Positions 7,462 through 16,428 of a stretch of 44,587 nt of DNA are shown here, piece after piece. The DNA comes from a virus. The stretch lies in the UHGV virus genome UHGV-0201915, one strand, 5' to 3'. Numbering within the stretch: the stretch's first letter is position 1; every line of letters begins with the position of its first letter. A program made the position numbers and the translations under genes. The notes below the pieces were generated by a model. The model made no database searches. It saw only the letters and a list, made by a program, of their open reading frames with translations, and was not told where the DNA came from.

Positions 7462-7665
7462 AATTGAAAGGGGAGAAAAGGACATGAGTAGAAAAGAAGC
7501 ATTACAAATTGGCAGAATTATCGCTGATCGTTGGTGACATCATAACGAGTCAACGATTCTAGCAAAACAGAACATCGAGCGAAGAAAAGATTGGCAACAA
7601 AAAAAGCTCACTACGCCTGCAAGCAAATAGTGAGCAAACAAAGAATGATTTGAGGTGATTATATC

Positions 7666-8016
7666 ATGCTATCAGAAAAAGAGAAAGTGGCTTTGGACAA
7701 AAATATAACCGCAGTTCCTGAACCGCTTGAAATTGCGCCAGAGACTCGCAAAAACGCTTTTGGTGAATCAGTTGAATTTTATCAAGATGACACAGGAGCG
7801 CCAATTTATGATACTGACACAGTTTATCATTTGTTGATTGAGACAGAAACAGGTACAAAGGTATTTTTTGTACTATTCGAGCGTGCCCAGGAGTTACTTG
7901 ACGAATTTGAAGTAGAACTAGTAGCGGCAAAACTTTCAAAATACAGTTATGGTAAAACCTTCAAAAAGGAAATGAAGGAGACGATGAAAGAAATGGAGGA
8001 GATATTCAGTGAGTGA
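7666..8016 (+). CDS. Hypothetical protein (first gene of the recombination/replication block)
   Basis: 116 aa. GAGGTGA RBS. Confidence 0.5.
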   Translation: MLSEKEKVALDKNITAVPEPLEIAPETRKNAFGESVEFYQDDTGAPIYDTDTVYHLLIETETGTKVFFVLFERAQELLDEFEVELVAAKLSKYSYGKTFKKEMKETMKEMEEIFSE

Positions 8017-8734
8017 GTTTACTAGGGAAGATAATCAACTTTTTAATCTTCTTTACCAAATAGATGTAAAGGATGTAGCGGAGAAACGGAATAAGCTCAC
8101 CTACCTTTCTTGGGCATGGGCGTGGGCCGAAGTGAGTAAACGTGTCGACTCAATTGATTACTCAGTCTACAAGGACGAAGTAACCAAACAACCGTATATT
8201 TTTGATTCAAAAACAGGTTATATGGTCTTCACTGAAATTACGATCGATGGGGTAACGAGAGAAATGTGGCTACCAGTGATGGACAGTTCAAATAAGGCAA
8301 TGAAGGATGAGCCATATACCTACAAAGTCAAAGAGTACAAAGATAGTAAGTGGACAGGAAACTATATTGATCGCACTTGCGAAGCAGCAACAATGTTCGA
8401 CATTAACAAAACGATTATGCGGTGTTTGGTCAAGAATCTAGCTATGTTCGGATTAGGCCTATACATTTTCACAGGAGAAGATATGCCCGAAGATGTGAGC
8501 ATGTTAGAAGAGGCCAGCGATCGTAGTAAGAAACTATTTATTAAAACGATGCAAAAAATCGCAGATCAATACGATAAGGACTTGGATTGGATGATTTTAC
8601 AGCTTGCTGATACTGCCAAGATACCTGCTGATGATTCTAAGTGGACCAAGGGCGATTTAGGGATGCTCAAACGCGGTGTAGGCTGGCTAAAACAACAACT
8701 GGAAGATGCCGATAAAAGCAAACAAGAGAAGTGA
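8009..8734 (+). CDS. Hypothetical phage protein; position suggests a recombination/ssDNA-annealing function
   Basis: 241 aa. Its start overlaps the previous gene. The LTYLSWAWAWAEV motif was noted. No family was assigned with confidence. Confidence 0.35.
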   Translation: MSEFTREDNQLFNLLYQIDVKDVAEKRNKLTYLSWAWAWAEVSKRVDSIDYSVYKDEVTKQPYIFDSKTGYMVFTEITIDGVTREMWLPVMDSSNKAMKDEPYTYKVKEYKDSKWTGNYIDRTCEAATMFDINKTIMRCLVKNLAMFGLGLYIFTGEDMPEDVSMLEEASDRSKKLFIKTMQKIADQYDKDLDWMILQLADTAKIPADDSKWTKGDLGMLKRGVGWLKQQLEDADKSKQEK

Positions 8735-8739
8735 TCTAA

Positions 8740-9408
8740 ATGAATAACCTTTCTTACCTTGCAAAAATAACAAAAATTTCTGGAAGAAAAATCATTTTAG
8801 AACTCAAAGAAGAACTGAATATCGAAAGATTGAAGACGATTTTCAATGGATTTGATGGCGAGAGACAGGCGGAGCTTTTCATTAAAGATCCAAGAGGCTT
8901 CACTTCGCAACAGAGACGCTTTGTATTCGCTCTAATGCAGGATATATACATTTACACTGGGGAACCGTTGGAAAGCCTTAAAGACGTGTTCTATTGGCAA
9001 TTCAGATACTTCACAGGTAAGAACATTAGTTTATCTAATGAATCTGAAAACTCAGTGGATGAAATAGCAACACTTGCGGAACTTATCTTAGACTTCATTT
9101 TCGAGAATGATATCCCATTCAGAGAAGGGTATGAAATAGCTCCACAGAATCAGGAGTATTACTTCTACAAATGTGTCATGGCCCGTAAATGTTGTATTTG
9201 CGGCAAGCCTGCGGATATTTGCCATATAGAAACTGTCGGAGTCGGTCGGAATCGTAGGAAGATTGATCATACGAAACATACTTTTTACGCTGGGTGTCGA
9301 AAGCACCACAGTGAAGAGCATCAAATCGGAACACAAAACTTTTTAAATAAATATCAAATTATCCCAACCAAGTTAAACGCAGAATCAGTGAAGCAGTTGG
9401 GGATATAG
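8740..9408 (+). CDS. Hypothetical protein with C-terminal Cys/His-rich (HNH-like or zinc-binding) region
   Basis: 222 aa. The C-terminal region reads CVMARKCCICGKPADICHIE...HTKHTFYAGCRKHHSEEH. Confidence 0.4.
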   Translation: MNNLSYLAKITKISGRKIILELKEELNIERLKTIFNGFDGERQAELFIKDPRGFTSQQRRFVFALMQDIYIYTGEPLESLKDVFYWQFRYFTGKNISLSNESENSVDEIATLAELILDFIFENDIPFREGYEIAPQNQEYYFYKCVMARKCCICGKPADICHIETVGVGRNRRKIDHTKHTFYAGCRKHHSEEHQIGTQNFLNKYQIIPTKLNAESVKQLGI

Positions 9409-9420
9409 GAGGAACTGTAC

Positions 9421-10041
9421 ATGCCAAAAAAGAATAAAGAAATAAAGAATTTGCATCGTCACTTAAAAAGAGCAGCTTCGTCGGTTGATTCAAGACCCAT
9501 ACTAAAAGCTGTGCATTATGATGCTGACGGGAGTATTAGTGTTACTGATTCTCATCGATTATTAAGGATCGCAGACTTTCACAATCATAAGGAAGAATTC
9601 AATCAAGATTTGTCAACGATGATGCTATTAGACGGTAATTATCCAGATACAAGCCGACTAATTCCTAAAAAGTTTAGTACTGAAATTACCATCAGTTTGT
9701 CCGTTTTGATCAGAATCATGAAGGCTTTAGGAACTAGCTCTGAGGAATGTGTTCATTGGAAACTTTTAGAACATAAAATCATTTTTAGCAATCAATCTGA
9801 CAAATTTAACTATGGAGAACCGATAAAAATATCAGCGAATGCAAATATCAAAGGAGATTTGTTTGATATTTCGTTCAAGGCAAGATACGTCAAAGAATGC
9901 TGCGAATTTTTCATGGATGCTAAAGAAAGATATGCAGTTGACGATGTGACTATCAAAATACTCAGTCCTATAAGACCAGTTATTTTCACTATTGATGAAT
10001 CTAAATATATCTATTTAGTGACTCCAGTGAGGACTAGCTAA
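9421..10041 (+). CDS. Hypothetical protein (replication module)
   Basis: 206 aa. AGGAGGAA RBS. Confidence 0.45.
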   Translation: MPKKNKEIKNLHRHLKRAASSVDSRPILKAVHYDADGSISVTDSHRLLRIADFHNHKEEFNQDLSTMMLLDGNYPDTSRLIPKKFSTEITISLSVLIRIMKALGTSSEECVHWKLLEHKIIFSNQSDKFNYGEPIKISANANIKGDLFDISFKARYVKECCEFFMDAKERYAVDDVTIKILSPIRPVIFTIDESKYIYLVTPVRTS

Positions 10042-10056
10042 AAGAGGAGGGATAAC

Positions 10057-10902
10057 GTGGCTGAGATAAGTTGGATCAAACTAAAAACTACAATGTTTGA
10101 TGATGAAAAAATACGGCTGATCCAAGCTGTTCCTGAATCAGATGCTATTTTAGTCATTTGGATTCGCTTGCTAGTTTTAGCAGGGAAAACGAACGACGAC
10201 GGATTGATATATATACAGCGTAACATGCCCTACACAGAAGAAATGTTAGCAACGCTGTTTGACAAGCCCGTAAATACAGTTCGATTAGCATTACAAACAC
10301 TTGCTAGCTTCAATATGATCGATTTAAACAGTGATGGTGTTATAGCGATTGCTAACTGGGAAAAACATCAGAACATTGAAGGCATGGAAAAGGTAAGAGA
10401 GCAGAATAGGTTGAGAAAACAACGGCAACGGGAAAAACAAAAATTACTAAGTGACCAAGCGGGACAGTCACGTGACAGTCACGCAACAGATATAGATATA
10501 GATAAAGAATTAGAACTAGATAAAGAAATAGATAAAAAGAAAGATGTTGCGCCTTCGAAAACGAAGGCTAAGCCTACGCGTCATAAATACGGGGAATACA
10601 AAAATGTTTTATTAAGTGATGAACAACTTGAGAAGCTGAAAAAAGAATTCCCTGCTGATTGGGAAGCGCGTATAGAAAGAGTGTCTTCTTACTGTGAATC
10701 CACAGGTAAGTCATATAAGAACTACTTTGCAACGATTAAGAATTGGGCGAAAAAAGATCATGCGGGTAATAGATATGGGAACAAAAGAGTTGAGAAATTG
10801 CCTAGTCATATAACTGAAACACCAAAGAAAGTTGAACCAGAAATAGATTGGGTGGCTGAGGCAGAAAGATCTCTCGCTGAAAGAGGTGAGGATAGTGAAT
10901 GA
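10057..10902 (+). CDS. Phage replisome organizer (DnaD-like N-terminal domain)
   Basis: The N-terminal region (ISWIKLKTTMFDDEKIRLIQAVPESDAILVIWIRLLVLAGK) resembles phage replisome-organizer N-domains. The central coding region contains iteron-like DNA repeats. Confidence 0.6.
   Translation: MAEISWIKLKTTMFDDEKIRLIQAVPESDAILVIWIRLLVLAGKTNDDGLIYIQRNMPYTEEMLATLFDKPVNTVRLALQTLASFNMIDLNSDGVIAIANWEKHQNIEGMEKVREQNRLRKQRQREKQKLLSDQAGQSRDSHATDIDIDKELELDKEIDKKKDVAPSKTKAKPTRHKYGEYKNVLLSDEQLEKLKKEFPADWEARIERVSSYCESTGKSYKNYFATIKNWAKKDHAGNRYGNKRVEKLPSHITETPKKVEPEIDWVAEAERSLAERGEDSE
10488..10550. repeat. Iteron-like direct repeats (TAGATAAAGAA-like x3 plus GATATAGATATAGATA), candidate ori inside the organizer gene
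   Basis: The stretch gatatagatatagataaagaattagaactagataaagaaatagataaaaag encodes the DIDIDKELELDKEIDKK linker. Confidence 0.5.
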
Positions 10903-11188
10903 CTTTGAACTGTTGAAGGCTGTTCATAACAAATTGCCACAAGCCTATAAAGAAGTGCAGGTCCCATACCTAAAACGCTATAGCCAGTTTCTCGCTCAAG
11001 GTGGAGGCTTTACAGATGAACGTGCGGAGCAACTATTCAGACAGTATTGGGTTGGTTATTTCATCTTTCACTATCAGCAAAAACAGAAAGAATATGACTT
11101 TTGGGAATTAAACGCCCGACCATATGATGTGCAACTTGAATTTGCTAAGAAAATGTATGCGCAACTTGTGGAATCCAACGGAAGATGA
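10886..11188 (+). CDS. Hypothetical protein
   Basis: 100 aa, overlapping the end of the organizer gene. Confidence 0.45.
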   Translation: MRIVNDFELLKAVHNKLPQAYKEVQVPYLKRYSQFLAQGGGFTDERAEQLFRQYWVGYFIFHYQQKQKEYDFWELNARPYDVQLEFAKKMYAQLVESNGR

Positions 11189-11198
11189 AGGAGAAAGA

Positions 11199-11606
11199 AT
11201 GAGTCTTTACACACTACATTTAGAACCCAAACCGCAGTCAAGACCTCGATTTGGGAGAAATAGAGCTTATGAAGACGGTAAAATGACGCAATGGAAAAGA
11301 AATTGCGAGAGTCAACTACGATCGTTGAATCCTAAAATAATCCCAAAGGGACCTGTATACGTCGCTATGACGTTTTACATCTATCCGCCTAAACGGATAG
11401 CCGAGGTGAAAAAGAAACGCTTAGAACTCGAATCAGAGGCGATTTACGTTGATAAGCGACCAGACATAGATAACTATATTAAAGCTGTTTTGGACTGTAG
11501 TAACGAAATTCTTTTTAAGGATGATGGGCAAGTCGCAGCATTGTCATCACAAAAGCTGTATTCACTTGATCCACGAATAGAGATTGAAATTTATGAATTG
11601 GAGTGA
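11199..11606 (+). CDS. rusA: RusA-family Holliday junction resolvase
   Basis: Start taken at the ATG after the GAAGGAGAAAG RBS. The motifs KPQSRPRF...RAY and RPDIDNYIKAVLDCSNEILFKDDGQV are RusA hallmarks. Confidence 0.85.
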   Translation: MSLYTLHLEPKPQSRPRFGRNRAYEDGKMTQWKRNCESQLRSLNPKIIPKGPVYVAMTFYIYPPKRIAEVKKKRLELESEAIYVDKRPDIDNYIKAVLDCSNEILFKDDGQVAALSSQKLYSLDPRIEIEIYELE

Positions 11607-11888
11607 TTGCACATGAAATTACCTAGAAATGAACAAGAGACGATTTTCACTTATTCAATCAATGAAAATTGGCACATATATACAGATGTGCCCAAACATA
11701 TCAGAAAGTATTTACCTCTCGTAAAATCCCCTAAATTAAAAGAAGAAAACGGAGAAATAATCGCTTTAGAGGGTTTCATTGATGGAAATGTTTCCGCGCG
11801 AGCAAAAAGAGTGATGTCAGATGAACAAAGACAAGCTGCCGGAGAAAGATTGAAAGCAGCAAGAAACAATTCAGAGGAGGATGCATAA
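11607..11888 (+). CDS. Hypothetical protein
   Basis: 93 aa. Confidence 0.45.
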   Translation: MHMKLPRNEQETIFTYSINENWHIYTDVPKHIRKYLPLVKSPKLKEENGEIIALEGFIDGNVSARAKRVMSDEQRQAAGERLKAARNNSEEDA

Positions 11889-12362
11889 ATGATTAACAAT
11901 GTAGTTTTGGTCGGACGATTGACAAAAGATCCTGACCTACGATATACGGCAAATGGCACAGGAGTAGCAACATTCACTCTCGCAGTGAACAGAAACTTTA
12001 CCAATCAAGATGGGAACAGAGATGCAGACTTTATTAACTGCGTAATCTGGCGGAAGTCTGCTGAGACGTTAGCCAATTATGCTAAAAAGGGAACGCTGTT
12101 AGGTGTGATTGGCCGTATTCAAACAAGAAGCTATGAAAATCAGCAAGGACAACGTGTCTATGTAACAGAAGTAGTTGCTGAGAACTTCCAATTGCTTGAA
12201 TCACGTAGTGCGAGTGATCAGCGTCAGAGTAATAATGCCAGTGCTAACTCAAGTGGCAACTATGATCAATCAAATAAAAATAGTGTGCCTGACTTTGGTA
12301 GAGATAACGATCCTTTTAGTGGTTCATCGATTGACATCGGCGACGATGACCTGCCGTTTTAG
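11889..12362 (+). CDS. ssb: Single-stranded DNA-binding protein
   Basis: OB-fold N-terminus ([31 protein letters not shown]) and an acidic C-terminal tail ending DDDLPF. Confidence 0.95.
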   Translation: MINNVVLVGRLTKDPDLRYTANGTGVATFTLAVNRNFTNQDGNRDADFINCVIWRKSAETLANYAKKGTLLGVIGRIQTRSYENQQGQRVYVTEVVAENFQLLESRSASDQRQSNNASANSSGNYDQSNKNSVPDFGRDNDPFSGSSIDIGDDDLPF

Positions 12363-12372
12363 GAGGGGTTAA

Positions 12373-12861
12373 ATGAGTAGACGTAAAACACCAGAACAAC
12401 AAGCGGCGTGGAGCGAATTGTTATTATTGATCAATGATCCAGAGTGGTATTTAGACAGGGAAAAAAGTGATAGGCATAAAACGCTTATGAAAATCATATT
12501 AGCGGATGACAAAGACGACTCCTCAAAATCGAAAAAAGAAAAATATCAGGACTATTTGAACAAACGTCCAGGGATGGAGAAGAAAATAGTTGAAATGATT
12601 AGACAGGGGAAAACAATAGCTCAGATTCATGAGGTATACACGATTGATCGTAAGATATTTGCTTATGTGAGGCACAAACACCAGTTACCAAAATTTAGAA
12701 AGCTAGTGGTTCCTACTGCCGAAGAATTAGAAAAGTCATACAAAAGCGGCGGTTGGAAGAAAGCGAGTCGAGATTTTGGTGCGTCCCAAGGAACGATTTA
12801 TCAATGGATGCGGAAATACGGAATTGAAAGAAACTATGTGATAAACGAAATGGAGGATTAG
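12373..12861 (+). CDS. Hypothetical protein with C-terminal HTH-like segment
   Basis: 162 aa. The C-terminus reads GWKKASRDFGASQGTIYQWMRKYGIE. Confidence 0.45.
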   Translation: MSRRKTPEQQAAWSELLLLINDPEWYLDREKSDRHKTLMKIILADDKDDSSKSKKEKYQDYLNKRPGMEKKIVEMIRQGKTIAQIHEVYTIDRKIFAYVRHKHQLPKFRKLVVPTAEELEKSYKSGGWKKASRDFGASQGTIYQWMRKYGIERNYVINEMED

Positions 12862-12862
12862 C

Positions 12863-13105
12863 ATGCATATAGCAAATATCTACGGCGAGTCTATCGTGGG
12901 TGAAGAAATCGAATATCTAGATCAACCCTACAAAAATATTATTATCGTGGAGGATTCTAACGGTGACAAACACGTGGTTCACAAAGACACGATCGATAGG
13001 AATCGTAAGCGAAAACCAAGCCGTGCAGGAGTGAGGTTTGACCTTCTGGGTTGTCAGGCGCATGGAAGAAAAGGGACGTTGAGAAAATGGCGGAGGATTG
13101 GTTAG
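12863..13105 (+). CDS. Hypothetical protein
   Basis: 80 aa. Confidence 0.4.
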   Translation: MHIANIYGESIVGEEIEYLDQPYKNIIIVEDSNGDKHVVHKDTIDRNRKRKPSRAGVRFDLLGCQAHGRKGTLRKWRRIG

Positions 13106-13111
13106 GACATA

Positions 13112-13154
13112 AGAAAAAGCTCCGCAAACTGGAGCTATCACAGAGCTTTTAGAG
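13112..13154. terminator. Bidirectional terminator between convergent genes
   Basis: Hairpin AGCTCC gcaaact GGAGCT (13118-13136). The upstream AAGAAAAA gives a minus-strand U-tract. A downstream TTTT run is also present. Confidence 0.5.
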
Positions 13155-13166
13155 GACAGGACTTAT

Positions 13167-13412
13167 CTAACTAAGATAAGCCCAATCTTCTAAACGGATT
13201 GTTTGACCAAGAAGAAATAACTCCCCTTCTTCTACTCCACATTTTGTACAGATCAAAACTCCTTCAACTTGTCTGGAAGTAGAATTGAGAATGGGTTCGC
13301 CATCGAGTAATTCTTCGCCACAGCGTGGGCACCAACAATCACTAGAAGGATTTTCTAAAAATAAGGCAGTTTCATTTTTAAGCTCATTGGCTAATTGATC
13401 AGTATTTGACAA
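13167..13412 (-). CDS. Zinc-ribbon protein with own promoter (minus-strand moron)
   Basis: CWCPRCG...CTKCG motif. On the minus strand, a TATAAT -10 precedes a GAGGTGA RBS, 5 nt, then a TTG start (13412). The ORF track extends to a GTG at 13454. Confidence 0.5.
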   Translation of the reverse strand: MSNTDQLANELKNETALFLENPSSDCWCPRCGEELLDGEPILNSTSRQVEGVLICTKCGVEEGELFLLGQTIRLEDWAYLS

Positions 13413-13550
13413 TTTTATCACCTCAAGAAAATTATACAGGGGAAAAATTGACACAGCGAACTTTGTTTACAGAATAAGAGCTAAATACGATCAAACCAAT
13501 GAAAAGGAAATAAAAAAGATAAGGTAACGGAAGACTTAGAGGAGGAAAGT

Positions 13551-13745
13551 TTGATGAAAAGAGTTAAATATTTTGATGCAGAAAATCCAGACAAGTTGGA
13601 AAGGGAAATAAACGAGTTTCTTAGTGAAACGAATGTTTCCTTTGTAGACATAAAGTTTCAATCTGAAAAAAGCAGTGAAGGTTATGGCGAAGAGATTCTT
13701 CATTCGGTTTTTCTGATTTATGAAGAACCGAAAATAGGTCAATAA
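13551..13745 (+). CDS. Small hypothetical protein
   Basis: 64 aa. GAGGAGGAAAG RBS. Confidence 0.45.
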   Translation: MMKRVKYFDAENPDKLEREINEFLSETNVSFVDIKFQSEKSSEGYGEEILHSVFLIYEEPKIGQ

Positions 13746-13784
13746 GCGACCACTATCACGTAGGAAAAAGAAAGAAGAGAATTT

Positions 13785-14270
13785 ATGAAGCCAATTTTGG
13801 ACATGTGCTGTGGAGGCAAAATGTTTTATTACGACAAAGAGAATCCTGATGTCGAGTTTGTAGATAAGCGAGTTTACTTTGAGCAGCTGGCGGATCATGC
13901 AATTGATGTTAATCCAACCACAGTCGCAGATTTTAGAAATTTACCATTCGAGGATAACAGCTATCACTTAGTTGTTTTTGATCCACCGCATGTTTCCTAT
14001 GCTGGTGAAGATTCTTGGATGTTTAAAAAATATGGATCGTTGGATAAAGATACTTGGAAAGAAGATTTGGCTAAAGGTTTTGATGAAGCTATGCGCGTCC
14101 TAAAACCATACGGAACTTTAGTTTTTAAATGGAATGACGTTCAATATCCACCAGCTGATATTTTGAGAAACATTCCATACAAGCCTATTTTTCTGCAAAA
14201 AGTGACTAAAACGGCGAAGGGGACACGGACTCACTGGATGGTGTTTATGAAATTACCAGACGAAGAATAG
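13785..14270 (+). CDS. Putative SAM-dependent DNA methyltransferase (motif I-like LDMCCGGK, motif IV DPPH)
   Basis: 161 aa. LDMCCGG resembles the AdoMet-binding motif. VVFDPPH resembles the (D/N)PP(Y/F/H) catalytic motif of amino-methyltransferases. Confidence 0.45.
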   Translation: MKPILDMCCGGKMFYYDKENPDVEFVDKRVYFEQLADHAIDVNPTTVADFRNLPFEDNSYHLVVFDPPHVSYAGEDSWMFKKYGSLDKDTWKEDLAKGFDEAMRVLKPYGTLVFKWNDVQYPPADILRNIPYKPIFLQKVTKTAKGTRTHWMVFMKLPDEE

Positions 14271-14314
14271 TTCCGATAACCACGCCAATTAAGTAGGAAA
14301 AGGAGGGATAGCAC

Positions 14315-15091
14315 ATGATTGTTTGGGCACTATTTGACAGCGGAAATGGTTGCTATTCCCAAGCAGCAAAGAATTTTCCAGAGATAGAACTCTACAGTAT
14401 TGGATTGGACAAAGAGCATAAGAACGACCATTTTATCAATCTCAATTTAGCTACTTATTCAATCGATGGTAAGGCAAATCCCTTGTTCAAATCATTGGAT
14501 AAGTTACCAAGACCGGATGTAATTTTAGCAAGTCCGCCATGTGAGTCATGGTCAGTTGCAAGCGCAATGAAGGGTGGTAATGCGTCATGGAAGCAAGAAA
14601 CAGGAGATGCATTATTCCAACCACAAACACCATTGTCTCGTTTCACAATAAGAGATTTCATTGACTACAGAGAAGTACAGTTCAAACCTGAAAAATCGTT
14701 GATAAATCGAATAAATGGTGAGTTGTGTATTTTCAATACAATTCAAATCATTTTACATTATGATCCGAAATATTACGTAATTGAAAATCCTGCAGCTAGT
14801 CGAATTTGGGAGTATGTGGATCGTGTTTTAGGATTTGAGATTCAACATGACAATCTAACCTATTACAACAATTATGGTTATCCAATTAAAAAGCCAACCC
14901 GATTTAAAAGCAATATAGAATTGAAGCTAAAAAAAGAAAAAATTCCTAATGAGGTTGATTGGGGAAAGTTTGATCGTAAAGGTGGAGCCTATAATTCTAG
15001 GTCAAATATTCCTCTGAAATTGGTGAATCAAATTTTTTCTAGAATATTGGAGGCGAGCAATGAAACGAATACTGAATTATCCAGGCAGTAA
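14315..15091 (+). CDS. C5-cytosine DNA methyltransferase-like protein (short)
   Basis: LFDSGNG (motif I, FxGxG-like), ILASPPCESWS (motif IV, PC dipeptide) and YVIENPAAS (motif VI, ENV-like) appear in canonical order. At 258 aa it is shorter than typical C5 methyltransferases. Confidence 0.5.
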   Translation: MIVWALFDSGNGCYSQAAKNFPEIELYSIGLDKEHKNDHFINLNLATYSIDGKANPLFKSLDKLPRPDVILASPPCESWSVASAMKGGNASWKQETGDALFQPQTPLSRFTIRDFIDYREVQFKPEKSLINRINGELCIFNTIQIILHYDPKYYVIENPAASRIWEYVDRVLGFEIQHDNLTYYNNYGYPIKKPTRFKSNIELKLKKEKIPNEVDWGKFDRKGGAYNSRSNIPLKLVNQIFSRILEASNETNTELSRQ

Positions 15092-15848
15092 ATGGACAAT
15101 GGCCGAGAAGATTGTTGATCTATTCCCTGAACATATAACATATCTTGAGCCGTTCTTTGGCTCAGGTGCAATGTTTTTCACCAAAGCACCATCAAGAATA
15201 GAAACAATTAATGATTTGAACAGTCGAGTGGTTAATTTCTTTGCAGTGTGCAGGGAGCAACCGTATAAGTTAGCCGAAGCTGTTTATCTTACGCCTATTA
15301 GTCGGTGGGAGCAACAAGAATCATTAGAACTAGATCCGGATCCATTAGAAGATGCACGGCGGTTTCTCGTTTTAAGTTGGCAGTCGATCGGCGGTATTCA
15401 ACGTCATTTAACAGGTTGGAGATCAAACATCACGACTTATGGATCAAAGACAATTAACGAGTGGACCGCATTACCTGAGTTAATTATTGAAGTGGCCAAT
15501 CGTTTAAAGATGGCTCAAATAGAAAATCAGGATGCACTTCAGCTGTTACAACGCTATAACCGCAAAGAAGTATTTGCTTATGTTGATCCGCCTTATCTAA
15601 TGAGTACACGCAAAGGACGCTACTATCAAACAGAACTAGAAGATGATCGGCAGCCTGAATTACTCGAGATCCTGAAAAACTTCGAGGGCAAAGTAATGCT
15701 TTCCGGCTACGAAAATGATCTATACAATCATCAGCTGTCGGATTGGCACAAGCTTCAATTTCAAAGTAACGCTGAAGCAGGAGAGCGAAGACTCGAAACA
15801 ATTTGGTGTAACTATGAGCCGAGCGGTCAGCTGTCATTATTTGGTTGA
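15060..15848 (+). CDS. Dam-family (D12 class) N6-adenine DNA methyltransferase
   Basis: N-terminal NYPGSKW...YLEPFFGSGAMFF and a later VDPPYL (DPPY) motif, characteristic of Dam/D12 methyltransferases. Its start overlaps the upstream gene. Confidence 0.85.
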   Translation: MKRILNYPGSKWTMAEKIVDLFPEHITYLEPFFGSGAMFFTKAPSRIETINDLNSRVVNFFAVCREQPYKLAEAVYLTPISRWEQQESLELDPDPLEDARRFLVLSWQSIGGIQRHLTGWRSNITTYGSKTINEWTALPELIIEVANRLKMAQIENQDALQLLQRYNRKEVFAYVDPPYLMSTRKGRYYQTELEDDRQPELLEILKNFEGKVMLSGYENDLYNHQLSDWHKLQFQSNAEAGERRLETIWCNYEPSGQLSLFG

Positions 15849-15855
15849 TCACTCG

Positions 15856-15883
15856 AGATCCGGTAACTCAGCCTATCAAGTAA
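15856..15883. repeat. Intergenic boundary element copy A (AGATCCGGTAAC...)
   Basis: AGATCCGGTAAC lies 8 nt after the Dam stop. This copy is more diverged downstream (TCAGCCTATCAAGTAAG). Confidence 0.5.
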
Positions 15884-15898
15884 GAAAAGAGGGATGAA

Positions 15899-16420
15899 AT
15901 GGAGAAACAAGATTTAATCAAAGAAATTAATAAAGAAAAATATGATTTTTCAAAACCGGAAACGTCACTCAACAGTTCGGATTATAAGGAAGGATACAAT
16001 GATGCTTCTGATGACATTCTAGATATTATCAAGAAACTAGACGAACCGCAGAAAGTCAAAGTGCCGCAGTTTGTTGCTAAGTGGATTTCGAAATGCCAAG
16101 AATTAAACTGGAACTTGTCAGATTTGCTTGCACCAGAAATTTTTGATTCAACTTTCGCTTTCAACACGAAAGAGTGGTTACGACAGGATAAGCAAAACTA
16201 CGATATTCTAGCTCGTGCTTGGCTAGACGGCTACGAGGTCGAGGAAGAGCCGAAATATACAATGCCAGTACCCTATGTCTCATATCCAGTGCATTACAGT
16301 ATTAGAGACGACGGAGTAATTACTTTCACACAAGGGAACCCACAGACGTTTACACAAGCTGAGCTAGACAAGTATTTTCCTGATATTAAGCAGTTTGCGG
16401 TGCCGGTCGAGAAAGTGTAG
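15899..16420 (+). CDS. Hypothetical phage protein
   Basis: 173 aa. AAAGAGGGA RBS. Confidence 0.45.
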   Translation: MEKQDLIKEINKEKYDFSKPETSLNSSDYKEGYNDASDDILDIIKKLDEPQKVKVPQFVAKWISKCQELNWNLSDLLAPEIFDSTFAFNTKEWLRQDKQNYDILARAWLDGYEVEEEPKYTMPVPYVSYPVHYSIRDDGVITFTQGNPQTFTQAELDKYFPDIKQFAVPVEKV

Positions 16421-16428
16421 GTGTGAGA

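Noticed and set aside
6975-7487. Plus-strand ORFs 6975..7166 and 7230..7487 opposite the 6864..7439 gene
   Set aside because: Antisense shadows of a gene that has a promoter, RBS and TM topology.
7664-7939. 91-aa minus-strand ORF opposite 7666..8016
   Set aside because: Mirror ORF of a plus-strand gene with a strong GAGGTGA RBS.
12175-12372. 65-aa ORF in an alternative frame over the ssb 3' end
   Set aside because: Overlaps the SSB acidic tail coding region. SSB is unambiguous.
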